Assembly: GCA_951406725.2 (NCBI GenBank)
Contig: OX597830.1
Span: forward strand, 75,950,001-76,014,000
Direction: 5' to 3'
Source of the DNA: Octopus vulgaris
Lineage: Eukaryota
Length of the DNA stretch: 64,000 nt
In this document: one piece after another, positions 13,007 through 25,310 of the stretch
Layout of the letters: every line of letters begins with the position of its first letter
Numbering within the stretch: position 1 is the stretch's first letter
Program-made: the position numbers and the translations under genes
The notes under the pieces: model-generated
Told to the model about the DNA's origin: nothing
What the model saw: only the letters and a program-made list of their open reading frames with translations
Database searches by the model: none

Positions 13007-13524
13007 TTTGTATATATATATAATTACAAAATTCTTCCTTTTATTCTGCAACTAACTTAAATCCCTTTTACATTATTCTATCACATCCCCTTACCCAAAT
13101 TCCTACTGCTAAAAAATTTTGAGGGCTCTCAGTTGCATGTAGGGTTTTGGTCAGTTTGTATCTGACCTACAAACTCATATGTTCCATCGAATTTAATGAT
13201 CTTTCTACTCTGACCTAATTTTCTTGTCACCACATAGATAAATTGACCTTTTGTTCTTGTGACAACCTGTTCTTTTACTTATCCTGAATTTCCTCCTCTT
13301 TTCTTCAACTAACTTGAATTCTTTACCTGCCCTTATCCCAATCCTTATAACTAAAGAAATTTCCTTACAGCTGTCAGTTGTAAACAAGGTTTTGGTCAGT
13401 TAGCATCTTAACTATACGACCTCATGTTCCTAAGATTCATATCTACATCTTTATCTGTATATTTACCTTCCCTAAGATGTTATTAATTGATTTGAAAACT
13501 TTTATATTATTGGAAAACCTATAT

Positions 13525-13617
13525 AAAATTAGCTGAAGATTACTCAGCATCTTAAATCTGCTGTAATATTTACAGCTTTTAATAAAATGTTGTAGTATGA
13601 AACAATTGTACTAAATT
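13525..13617 (+). ncRNA. Type I hammerhead ribozyme motif (PLE-associated) with extended stem II
   Basis: stem I aattag/ctaaatt; CTGAAGA 13533-13539; stem II tactcagcat/atgttgtagta; GAAAC 13599-13603; palindromic stem III ACAATTGT; GTA triplet 13608-13610. Confidence 0.7.
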
Positions 13618-13686
13618 ACCGGATTCATTCTTGTTGCTTATTTTTTTATTATAATCACCCCATATATTTTTATGGGTAACAGCATA

Positions 13687-13749
<63 letters not shown>

Positions 13750-13850
13750 GATGCACCAGAATTTTGTATGGTGTTACCCATAAAAATATGCGGGGTGATT
13801 ATAATAAAAAAATAAGCAACAAGAATGGATCCGGTAATTTAGTACAATTG

Positions 13851-13857
<7 letters not shown>
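13596..13857. repeat. Inverted repeat (~95 bp arms) around a (TA)n spacer; tail-to-tail PLE ends
   Basis: tatgaaacaattgtactaaattaccgg...catacaaaa (13596-13691) vs ttttgtatg...ccggtaatttagtacaattgtttcata (13762-13857). Confidence 0.85.
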
Positions 13858-13939
<82 letters not shown>

Positions 13940-13949
13940 CATACATATA

Positions 13950-14102
13950 TACGATGGGCTTCTTTCAGTTTCCGTCTCCCAAATCTACTGACAAGTCTCT
14001 GGTCGGCCCGAGGCTATAGTAGAAGACACTTGCCCAAGGTGCCACGCAGTGAGACTGAACCTGGAACCATGTGGTTCTTACCACACAGCCACTCCTACGC
14101 CT
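13950..14102 (-). mobile_element. SINE family A, 5' half
   Basis: gggcttctttcagtttccgtct...ccacacagccactcctacgcc. Confidence 0.85.
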
Positions 14103-14224
14103 ATAAAATATATGTGTATATATATATATATTTAAAGATTTCTGTGTGTGTGTGTGTGTGTGTGTGTGATTATGTATACACACACATATGTATGCATATA
14201 TGATATTTATGTCGTCTTACACAA

Positions 14225-14301
<77 letters not shown>

Positions 14302-14591
14302 CAATGCAAGGTAACTTATAGATGTTAATGTATAAATATATGTCCATCTGTTCTCCATGTATGGACGTGAATGTGTCTATACATTTACATACGTTTATAT
14401 GTGCATCTACGTGTGTGCATGTGTGAATGTGTGTGTGTATGTGTGTTTGTATGGGTGGGTGGATGTGTTTGTGTGGGTGTGGGTGTGAGCGTGTGCTCGT
14501 TCGGGTTTATGTGAAGTTGCACGAATCTTACTTTCATTCGAGGTCTGTAATCTCAGTGTGGACATCTGAAAAGGAGATATAACGAAAGAAA

Positions 14592-14627
<36 letters not shown>

Positions 14628-15382
14628 AGATAGAGAAGGGGAGAGAGAGAGAGAGAGAGCTAGATAGAGAGGGGGAGAGAGGGAGAAAGAGAAAGGAAGA
14701 AAGCAGAAAGAGGAAGAGTGAGAAACAGACAGACAGACAGACAGAGCATATAAGGGTGGTGGAGATGGTAGCGTTTTCCTTGAACCAATACACAACTGTC
14801 AAAATGATGCGGTTGACACTTCTATCAGGAGCTGAAAGGGATCCATACCCAACCAATTGAAACGCAGTGGGGAGCGAACCGGTAAAGAAAGCTTCAGAAC
14901 AAAGCGAGATTCACATGTAACAATTGAGTCAAGTGTCTCAATTGTGTAATTCAATCCTGAGTAGTTTCTAGTAGCTTCTAGATGTACGAGCCATGAGTAG
15001 AGTAATGCATGTGGGTGACGGTGGCCTGTATAGGAGAGGTGAGGAGGTAGTTACACGTGGTAGTGATAGTGGAAGATAAAAGATGGTGTTTAAGAGAAGA
15101 ACAATCGTGAGGTAGAAAATAATGTCTAAGGCTTGATGTTTTGTGGAGAGTAATCGGCATGGTGGAGTGGTTAACATGCTCGTTTTTGTAATCACGTAGT
15201 TTCTGGTTCGCTTTCAGGCTCTGTCTCACTGCGTGGCACTTTGAGCAGATAAGCTATTCTTTGCTTGGGAAAAATAAAGTGGGGAAAGAAATAGGGGATA
15301 GCGCCATAAATGGCAAACCAGGAAGAAAGAGACTCAATAATAAAAGAATGAAAAATAAAAATGGATATATATTCTTTTATTC

Positions 15383-15556
15383 TCGATCTGTTCAAATAAA
15401 TGCAGTGCTCTAGCATGGCCGCAGTCAAACGACTGAAACAAATAAGAGAATAAAAGAATATAGGAATCTGATTTCCTATGTTCTTTTATTCTCTTATTTG
15501 TTTCAGTCGTTTGACTGCGGCCATGCTAGAGCACTGCATTTAGTTGAACAAATCGA
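15383..15556. repeat. Fold-back duplication of a SINE A tail (~84 bp arms, 6 nt loop)
   Basis: near-perfect palindrome centred on ataggaa-tctgat-ttcctat (loop 15467-15472). Confidence 0.9.
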
Positions 15557-15862
15557 CCACACGACTTATTCCTTATAACCCTAGTACGTATTCTATCGAT
15601 CTCTTTTACCGAACCGCTAAGTTACGGGGACGTAAACACAACATCAGTTGTCAAGCGATGGTGGAGGGACAAACACAGACACACAAACACACACACACGC
15701 ACACACACACACACACATATGTATAAAACGGGCTTTTTTCGGTTTCCGTCTAGACATCCACTCACAAGGCTTTGGTCGGCCTGAGGCTACAATAGAAGAC
15801 ACTTTCGTAAAGTGCCACGCAGTGGGACTGAACCCGGAACCATGTGGTTGGTAAGCAAGCTA
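15480..15862 (-). mobile_element. SINE family A
   Basis: tail to head in reverse orientation, slightly 5'-clipped. Confidence 0.88.
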
Positions 15863-16183
15863 GCTGTAAACATATCAGTAGGACTGGTACATCATATTTG
15901 TCAACAAACTATGAATAATAATCAGCTTACAAAGAATAAGTCCTGGGGTCGATTTGCCCGACCAAAGGCAGTGCTTCAACATGACCGCAGTCAAGTGACT
16001 GAAATAATAAAAGATTAAAAGAATATATATATGTGTCTGTGTGCATATGTGTGTGTGCGCGTGTGTGTTTATACATACAAGCTTGGCTTTGAGGTAAAAA
16101 TCTTGATTCCCAGTCACATGGTTCAAGGTTCAATCCTACTGCTTGGCATCTTGTGACTGGAATTGGCAGAGATGAACTCAAAG

Positions 16184-16235
<52 letters not shown>

Positions 16236-16246
16236 GTGTGTGTATG

Positions 16247-16286
<40 letters not shown>

Positions 16287-16289
16287 TAT

Positions 16290-16590
16290 AAAGGGAGAAT
16301 TCACAAAAAAACAAAGACGAAGACAGGTGGGAGTGAAAAAAAGTCTTTAACGTTTCGAGCCTACGCTCTTCGGCGGAAAGGAACACAGAAAGAAACAAGG
16401 AGAGAAAATAAAGAATATGTAGTGGCTAGCGATCTATCATGGTGAATGTCGGACAGAAAGGTTACACAGGAGAGCTAGGAATGGGAGATAATAAAGTAGT
16501 GGGGATCCCAAAACGAAGGTGCGCGTGCGTGTGTATAAGAGAGTTTGTATGTGCGTGTGGAAGAGGGCTGCTGACCTTGACGTGTTCGTG
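16290..16590 (-). mobile_element. Penelope-like 3' end with degenerate HHR
   Basis: minus strand: ccgccgaagagcgtaggctcGAAACGTTaaagac, then a tail ending ttctccct-(TA)n. Confidence 0.65.
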
Positions 16591-16611
16591 TGTATATATA
16601 TATATATATAT

Positions 16612-16690
16612 TTTTCATTTCATTTCATCTAGTTTCAGCTCACGAGCTGTGGCCATGCTGGGGCAATGCCTTTCAAAACAATGTGTTACT
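16612..16690 (-). mobile_element. LINE-derived 3' tail fused to the 5S copy
   Basis: minus strand: ggcattgccccagcatggccacagctcgtgagctgaaactaga-(tgaaa)n; matches the LINE 3' UTR at 40919-40960. Confidence 0.85.
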
Positions 16691-16789
16691 CTTACTGCAC
16701 CTAGGTTTCCCAAGCGGTCACCCATCTAAGTACTGACTAGGCTCGACGTTGCTTAACTTCGGTGATCGGACGAGAACCGGTGCTCTCAA
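16691..16789 (-). pseudogene. 5S rRNA-derived sequence lacking roughly the first 18 nt (retrocopy or SINE3 head)
   Basis: TTGAGAGCACCGGTTCTCGTCCGATCACCGAAGTTAAGCAACGTCGAGCCTAGTCAGTACTTAGATGGGTGACCGCTTGGGAAACCTAGGTGCAGTAAG is colinear with metazoan 5S; internal box A and box C are retained. Confidence 0.93.
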
Positions 16790-16798
16790 AATATATAT

Positions 16799-16832
<34 letters not shown>

Positions 16833-17737
16833 GTGTGTGTGTATGTGTGTGTGTGTATGGGTGTGCGTGTGTGTATATTTTGGGTGTATGTTTGTCCTGT
16901 GTGTGAGTTTCTCCCCTACCATCGCTTGACCACCGTGGTTGGTGTGTTTACGTCCCTGTAAACTTGCGGTTCGGCAAACGTCACCAACAGAATAATTACT
17001 GGGGTCGCTCTGTTCGACTAAAACCCTAGAAGGCAGTACTCCAGAATGGCTGCAATCAAACGACTGAAAGAAGTAAAAGAATAAAAGAAAGAATACGTAT
17101 ATATGTACGTATGTATGTATGTATGTATGTATGTAAGTACGTACGTACGTATGTATGTATGTATGTATGTATGTATGTATGTATGTATGTATGTATGCAT
17201 GTATGTATGTATGTATGTGTATGTTTTAGAATTCCCTGTCATTAACGCCAGCTCTTTTTATGAACGAACGTACGTGTGTAGATCTGTTGTTATAACTCTG
17301 TGTGTGTGTGTGTGTTCATGTGTGCTTGTGCGTGTGTTTATTAGTATATGTTTGTGTGTTAGTGTTTGCGCCCTTCCTATTGTTTGGGGTTGTCACATAA
17401 ACAATTCCCTAAACTCGCAAGTATCTCATTTTCAATTGAATCGTGATACCACTGGAATCTTCCGTTTCAATACAGCCGATCAATCCGTGACCAAAGGATC
17501 AACAAATTAATTATACAGAACGAAATTAGTAGAGTCACTGGAGTGTGACCTGCTGTAAATTACTGGTAGACTTTTGATAAACCTCTTAATCAAATATTTG
17601 ACTAGGTTTCGATTCCACTTCTGATAGTACATACATTATATGGCGTCTTTTGATTATATGTTCTGAAATTAATATCCCCTTATAACGCCATAGATAAATT
17701 CACGTACTAAATAATAATTATTATTGTTATTATTATA

Positions 17738-17955
17738 ATCCTTCCTACTATAGGCACAAGGCCTGAAACTTTTGTGGGAAGGGGACTAGTTGATTACTTC
17801 GACCCCAGTGTTTTGCAGGTACTTAATTTATCGATACCGAAAGGATGAACGACAAAGTCGATCTCCCCGGAGATTCAACTCAGAACGTAAAGACGGACGA
17901 AATGCCGCAAAGCATTTTGCTCGGCGCGCTAATGATTTTGCTAGCTCGCTGCCTT
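17738..17955 (-). mobile_element. SINE family B (B2 tail)
   Basis: aggcacaaggcc..taatttatcgataccgaaaggatga..ctagctcgctgcc. Confidence 0.8.
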
Positions 17956-19468
17956 AAAAATCCCGATGTTAGTTTTCTTGGGGTCAGAAGTAGGGGTTAA
18001 TAGCTCTCTTATACTTTTATTCCGAGTAAAAGCTACAATAGGCGGCTGAGGAAATATACGTTTGAAACGAGTTTATTTTTCTGCAACATGCTGGTAACTT
18101 TCAAGTAAAACTTACTGATAATAAAAGTGATGATGATCGAATCTGGCATAAGTAGATTGAAAAGAATCCCAATTGGTATCCAGATAAATTTAGGGATGAA
18201 CGTTCACAAGCACTACAGGAATTTCTTGAATCTTGTCAGACAGGCATTAGGGAAAGTCTTAAAACAAGTGGAAAGAAGTCCTGGAATAACCTCACAAAGT
18301 CCTAGCGTTGTGCACTCCGTCGAAATGCCGATAAGCATTCTGTGCGACGAGTTAACGATTCTGCCCGTTTAAAATTCTGACACAAGCTCAGCAGATTTAA
18401 GGAAAAGGATGTTGTCGATCATATCGGCACCAGTATTTAAAAGATACTTTATCTGATGCACCCCGATTGGGTGAAATCCTAAGTCAACCTCTGCGGAACT
18501 TGAGGACAGCATCTAAAGAATCGGAAGAAAAAATACCGCAATATATTTTTTTTCCGACATACACAAACTTTAGCACGCCGGAGAAAATGTTTAACGGCGT
18601 TACTTCCGTTTTTATGTTCTGAGTTCAAATGGCGCCGAAATCCACTTTGCTTTTTCGGAGTCGATAAAATAAGTTCCAGCAGAGTACTGGGGTAGATATA
18701 ACCGATTCAACCCTACTCCCAAAATGGTTAGCCTAGTGTCAAAATATGGCATCAATATTCACTATATTTACATAGAAATACTTTCACAAGAAATACCATA
18801 TTGATCTGATATTTGTGGATATAATAACAAACAGAACGGAATAAATACATTCAAATACTGCATATAAACTCTGTTTTATTTTACTTCCTTCAATCATTGC
18901 ATAGCTACCATACTGGAGCACCTCCTTGGAGAGGTTTTAGACGAAGATATTGACCTTAGATATTCTATGCATTCTGATATATTACAGCCAACAATGTTTA
19001 CAATAAATTGTGATGTTGTATACTTTTTAGTTATTTTACGTAGACGTAAATAAACCAATGCCAGTTATCAAACGGGTTGTGGAGTACAACCACAATACAA
19101 ACACAAATCCACACATACAAATATATATGTGCGACAACATTCTGTCAACCAAATTTCCGTCTACGAAATTCCTTCACATACAGCTCTTGTGCTCAACTCC
19201 AGTTTTGCATAAGGAGAGATAAGTACAGAAACCTGGAAATGCCAGATTATCTAAATCCCAACCATTACTGATTTTGTAAAGATTTCTAAGGTATTTCGAA
19301 ATTTCTCCATTTGTGTCTACTGCAATAAGAAAACGCATACATACATACATGCACGCATGCATGCATACATCCATCCATACACGCATACATATATATAGAA
19401 ATAAATATACAAATAAATATAGACATACATATAGAAATAAATACCTATATATTTACACACACATACGC

Positions 19469-19517
<49 letters not shown>

Positions 19518-19786
19518 CGCGCATATATATATACACACACGCACATACATACATATAGATGATTACATTATATTTATACACATAAACAAATAGTTATTCA
19601 ATTATACATACGAAATATACAATACATATATATACATATCCATCCATCGATTCATCCAGCAATCCATACCTGCCTAACTACATACATAGTTAGATACATA
19701 CATATATACATACGTAGAAGCATAAACACACGCACACATACATACATAAACACATACATACATACATACATACATACATACATACA

Positions 19787-19818
<32 letters not shown>

Positions 19819-20184
19819 CGGACATACATATATGAATATATACTTGGACATACGTAGATACATGTACACATAGTATAATTAATGACTTCCAACATAAATT
19901 ATGTCAAAATTTCAAGGTAGACTCTGTTACCTGAAGGATGACTAGTTAAGGTAACACGAAGATATATTGGCCATTCAATTTTAAATGAATACCTGTATAA
20001 ACACCTTTCCTTACCCTAAAATTCTCCCTTTCTATCTATCTTTCTTTCGTTGTTTCTGAGACGGGGAGGTTTCACTTTACAAAAGCAGATCTTCTAGTTT
20101 TGCTGTCGGCGTAAACGATGACTTATTGACTCGTCGGTTGGCCCAATGGATTTATAGAGTAGGCGGATGGATGATTGGTCTAGC

Positions 20185-20231
<47 letters not shown>

Positions 20232-20572
20232 ATGTGTGTGTGACAGAGAGTGTGTGTGTGTGTTTAGGCTGAGGGTGGGGGAATTTAGGAAACGTTAATC
20301 ACACAAGAAGGAAGATAAGGAGTAAAGGAGGGGAAAAAAACAAAACAAAGAAGGGGCGGCCACGTTTCTGCGTCTGTATATTATATTTTGTTGTCAAAGA
20401 TCTAAGAACAAATACAAAAACAAAAGAAAAAATCACGCAGAGACAGGAGGACTTTTAGAGAGCGTCAAAATAAACCTGGCGATATACTTTACACAAATAT
20501 ATACATGCATACCTAAATATATATATATATATGTACAGACATACATACACACCCATATATCTATATATACAT

Positions 20573-21508
20573 AGGTGCAAGAGTGGCTGTGTGGTAGCTT
20601 GCTTACCAACCACATAGTTCCGAGTTCAGTCCCACTGCGTGGCACCTTGGGCCAGTGTCTTCTACTTTAGTCACGGGTCGACCACGCCTTGTGAGTAGAT
20701 TTGATGGACGGAAACTGAAAGAAGCCCGTCGTATATATATATATATATATATATATGTCCGAATGTTTTTGTTGTCCCCTATTGCATTTTTGCTCCATTT
20801 TTGTATTTATATATATTCATATAGCGACGTACGTACACACCTTTGCTCACCTTATGGTAGGTATGTATCTAAATGTTGTACGACTCTTACTCTATCTTTT
20901 AGTCCCCTTCTCACTTTCCTCCTTTTTTCTTTTTCTCGCTCCCCCTATCTCTCTCACATTTATTGGCCCTCTCATTCTTTAACTTCCACTATTTCCCACT
21001 CGTTTATCTCCCCTGCACCTTCCTCTTTGACTCAGTCCTGCTGCCCCCTACCCATCTCTTCTCCTTCCATGTGACCGCTGTACGGTCAGCCATGATCTTT
21101 CTTTCTTGGCCTGACCGCCGACGCCAACACCTCTTATGTCCAACTCCCATGTTCCTGCTTTCAGTCTTTCACTTCATACACGCCAGCTCAATTGGATTCG
21201 TTCTCAGTCGAAAGACAACTGTTGTTATTCCTTGTTGCTTGTATTAGTAATTGTGTACCATGTTCTCAGTATTTTGTCTTTGTTCTACATATTCGTTAAG
21301 CGGTCTAATGATCTTAGATTAAATTTTTGAGGGCAACCAGATCGAACCATCTCAAGTGTAACTGCCCAAAATGGTCGTGACATTTGGCACTTGACTGAAT
21401 AAAGAAGGCCACGAATGACCCGTATCTTCTTGCCTGTCCTAATTATTGCTTCTCTTGTCCGCCTTTATATTGTCTATTCTGTCCGTATGCTTTTATTGTT
21501 TTTGCTCC

Positions 21509-21565
<57 letters not shown>

Positions 21566-21775
21566 TATAAATATACATATTTGTGTCTGTGTTTGTACCC
21601 CCACTATCGCGCTTGACAATCGATGTTCGTGTGTTTATGTCCCCGTAACTTAGTGGTTCGGGGAAAATACCGATGGAATAAGTACTAGGCTTACAAAGAA
21701 TAAGTCATGGGGTCGATTTATTCGACTAAAGGAGGTACCCCAGCATGGATGCACTCATATGACAGAATAAAAGAA
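20573..21775 (+). mobile_element. SINE A split at its microsatellite by a putative PLE-type terminal region (about 20870-21512)
   Basis: SINE A 5' half 20573-20730 and 3' half 21580-21775; the insert ends ctccattta-(TA)n and resembles 22091-22345 in reverse. Confidence 0.6.
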
Positions 21776-21795
21776 TACGCACACACACACACAAA

Positions 21796-21830
<35 letters not shown>

Positions 21831-21833
21831 CAA

Positions 21834-21873
<40 letters not shown>

Positions 21874-21874
<1 letters not shown>

Positions 21875-22031
21875 GGCGCAGGAGTGGTTCTGTGGTAAGT
21901 GGCTTGCTTACCAACTACATAGTTCCGGTTCAGTCCCACGAGGCACCTTGAGCCAGTGTCTTCTACTATAGCCTTGGGCCGACCAAAGCCTTGTGAGTCA
22001 GTTTGGTAGACAGAAACTGAAAGAAGCTCGT

Positions 22032-22094
<63 letters not shown>

Positions 22095-22487
22095 GGGACA
22101 AGAACGCAAAACATCCAGACAGTAAGGTGATACAAGAAAGGGGTAACAAAACATCCAGATAGACGATACAAAAAAAAAACAAGGACGGGTCATTCTGAGT
22201 TTTCTTTCTTCAGTCGAGTTCCAGATTATCTTTGCAATTTCGGCTGGTCATACTCGAGATTGCACCAATCAGGCCAACCCCAAGGAAAAACTAAGCTAAG
22301 AGTATTAGATTCCTTGGAAGAAAGCAGCGAATGTATACGAAAACATATATATATATATATATATGTGTTTGTGTGTCTGTGTTTGCACCAGCATCATCGC
22401 TTGACATTCGATGCTGGTGTGTTTACGTCGACGTAACATTAGCGGTTCAGCAAAAGAGACCGATGGAATAAGTACTAGGCTTACAAA
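21874..22487 (+). mobile_element. SINE A carrying a nested reverse-oriented putative PLE end (22091-22345)
   Basis: SINE halves flank the insert; the insert reads ccagccGAAATTGCAAag..gactgaagaaag..cccattta-(TA)n on minus. Confidence 0.65.
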
Positions 22488-22749
22488 TATGAGATGTTAA
22501 AAGATAGGAGTTAAAGGAGAGAAGTTCAAAGATGTTCCATCTTTGAACTTCTAGCTTTTGATACCTCGGTTAGGTGCGAAATTGCGACTGACTCGCTGGC
22601 CCGATAACGGATGAGGATTTGGCGACCATCTGTCTCTGTTTCCCGTTTGTTTGTGCATTTATTATATGTTTATTAACTCATTATATATATAGAGAGAGAG
22701 ACAGAGAAGGAAAGAGAGAGAGAGATACATATACATATATACACATATA

Positions 22750-22905
22750 AATATTGTTGAAATTTACAGAAAAACAAGTCACGAAGATAAGTGTATGAAC
22801 AACAAGCAGGTGTATTAGTTTGACGTTCGGAAAAGTAAGTCTTTTACGTTTCGTGCCTACCCTCTTCAACGGGAAGGAATACGAGAAAATAAACAGAATG
22901 AGAAT
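22750..22905 (-). mobile_element. Penelope-like 3' end with degenerate HHR
   Basis: minus strand: ccgttgaagagggtaggcacGAAACGTaaaagac..cgtcaaactaatacacctg. Confidence 0.6.
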
Positions 22906-23394
22906 AAATATATATTAATCTAATTTCTTTCTTCCCCTTTCTTCTCTTTCATTCGTTTCTTCCTTCATTACTTTACTATTTACCAAACAATGATTTTCTT
23001 ATAGTCTTTTATTTCTATCGCTTGTTTTATTTTTCCCCATCTTCTTCGTTTTATGATTTAACAATAACTAAATTACATAAAAACACCAGATATGACAATA
23101 TATTTCAACACAACAGTAACAAAACACAACTGAATCTCATTGCAATTTTGTAAGGAAAAACAAAACAATAAGTTTTAACATTTATAATGTAACATTTACT
23201 GAGACAAATATTGCTTTCAAAGTTTACTTCTTTCAGTTTCCGTCTACCAGATCCACTCACAAGGATTTGGTCGTCCCGAGGCTATCGAGGCTATAGTAGA
23301 AGACACTTGCCCAAGGTGCTACGCAGTGGGAATGAACCCGGAACCATATGGCTTATAAGCAAGCTACTTACTACACAGCCACTCCGGCACCTTA

Positions 23395-23505
<111 letters not shown>

Positions 23506-23899
23506 ATTTGTATGTGCTTGTCTGGGTGAGCAAATTCAACAAAATATTTCGCACAGAACAGAAAACCTTTCTGAGCAAGTTGTAATACGATATTTGCGAG
23601 ACCTTGATAGACGCTTGTGAGAATTCCACGCTAGCCATTGATTACAAGTGAAACAATAGCCAATGCATATTAGGGGCCCATGAAACATCTTTGCATATCA
23701 TTATAAATGTTATTGCTATTTCTGTAACATTATCGTCCTTGATTGTCTTGACTGCACCCGCGAAGGCAGCCATTTTTGTGTTCACCGATTTCAGTTGAAC
23801 TGTGGTATGTAATATCAGTTTAGGTTAGAAAGAAGTGGGGTAGTCGTCTAGATATGCATGCCAGTGCATGGATGTGTGTGTGTGTGTCTGTATGCATGC

Positions 23900-23943
<44 letters not shown>

Positions 23944-24142
23944 TATATATATATATGGTAGTGTATATATTTGCATATATATATATATACGTATATACGT
24001 AAATATATGCACACGCTTATATATGTGTGTGTTTGTACATGCATATGCATGTATATATATATATATATATACACATATATATATGCGGATCTCTCTCTTT
24101 CTCTCTCTCTCTCTCGCACTATATACATATGTGTGTGTGTGT

Positions 24143-24184
<42 letters not shown>

Positions 24185-24531
24185 TGAGATACAGAGACAG
24201 AGAGACACAGAGAGAAACAGAGAGAGAGAGAGTGACAAAGTGAAGAGGGGAGGGTGAGAGGGAGAAATTAAAGCAGTAAGAGGGAGACAAAGATAGCAAG
24301 AGAAACTGACAAAGTGTGCGAATGAGTGATAGAGAGTCGGAGGGAGTAAGGTATATATATATATATATATATGTCAAGGTAGAAGGAAAACGTCATTTCT
24401 CACGCCCTTTCAGCTATCAAAAGGTAGAAATATAGACGAGAAAGGGACGAAAAAATTACATATCTTGTTTATTTATAATTAAATGTTTGCGATGCATTTG
24501 ACACAGTAACTATATGTTTCTCAAAGTTGTC

Positions 24532-24573
<42 letters not shown>

Positions 24574-24619
24574 GTAATAATAATAATAACAATAACAAGA
24601 AAAGAATAATGTTAATAAT

Positions 24620-25003
24620 AATCCTTTCTACTATAGGCGCAAGGCCTGGATTTTTGTGGGGAGGGGGGACAATCGAGCACATCGACCTCAGTATTTGACT
24701 GGTACTTAATTTATTGACCCCGAAAGGATTAAAAGTAAAGTCGACCTCGGCGGAATTTGAACTCAGAAAGTGGCGGCAGACGAAATACCTATTTTTATTT
24801 CTTTACTACCCACAAGGGGCTAAACACAGAGAGGACAAACAATGACAGACAAACGGATTAAGTCGATTACATCGACCCCAGTGCGTAACTGGTACTTATT
24901 TAATCGACTCCGAAAGGATAAAAGGCAAAGTCGACCTCTGCGTAATTTGAGCTCAGAACGTAGCGACAGACGAAATACCGCTAAGCATTTCGCCCGGCGT
25001 GGT
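24620..25003 (-). mobile_element. SINE B tandem (head, body with B1 tail, junction, body with B2 tail)
   Basis: two copies of gtcgacctc..ttga.ctcagaa joined at cgaaatacctattt (24781). Confidence 0.85.
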
Positions 25004-25043
25004 AATGATTTTACCCCCCCCTCCCCCCGTAATAATAATAGTA

Positions 25044-25102
<59 letters not shown>

Positions 25103-25106
<4 letters not shown>

Positions 25107-25310
25107 CAGAAACAATTCCAATCATAGTAGGCGCATTAGGTTTGATAAAAAATATTCAGGCAAATACATAAAACACCAGGTCTAACAAGTATGTATAACA
25201 TAGAGAAAATAGCACTACTAGGCACCGTACACATTCTACGTAAAAAAACTTTCAAATACAGTAAAAATAAGAGCATCACAACAATCCACATCACATACCC
25301 AAGACTACTG
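25103..25310 (+). pseudogene. 3' end of an R4/Dong-like REL-endonuclease retrotransposon
   Basis: KTETIPIIVGALGLIK..TPGLTSMYNIEKIALLGTVHILRK resembles the REL-domain C-terminus (P..VGALG..QK.ALLGT..ILR); starts directly after (AAT)n. Confidence 0.75.

Noticed and set aside
16691-16789. Functional 5S rRNA gene
   Set aside because: 5' end missing, not in a tandem array, and carries a retroposon tail.
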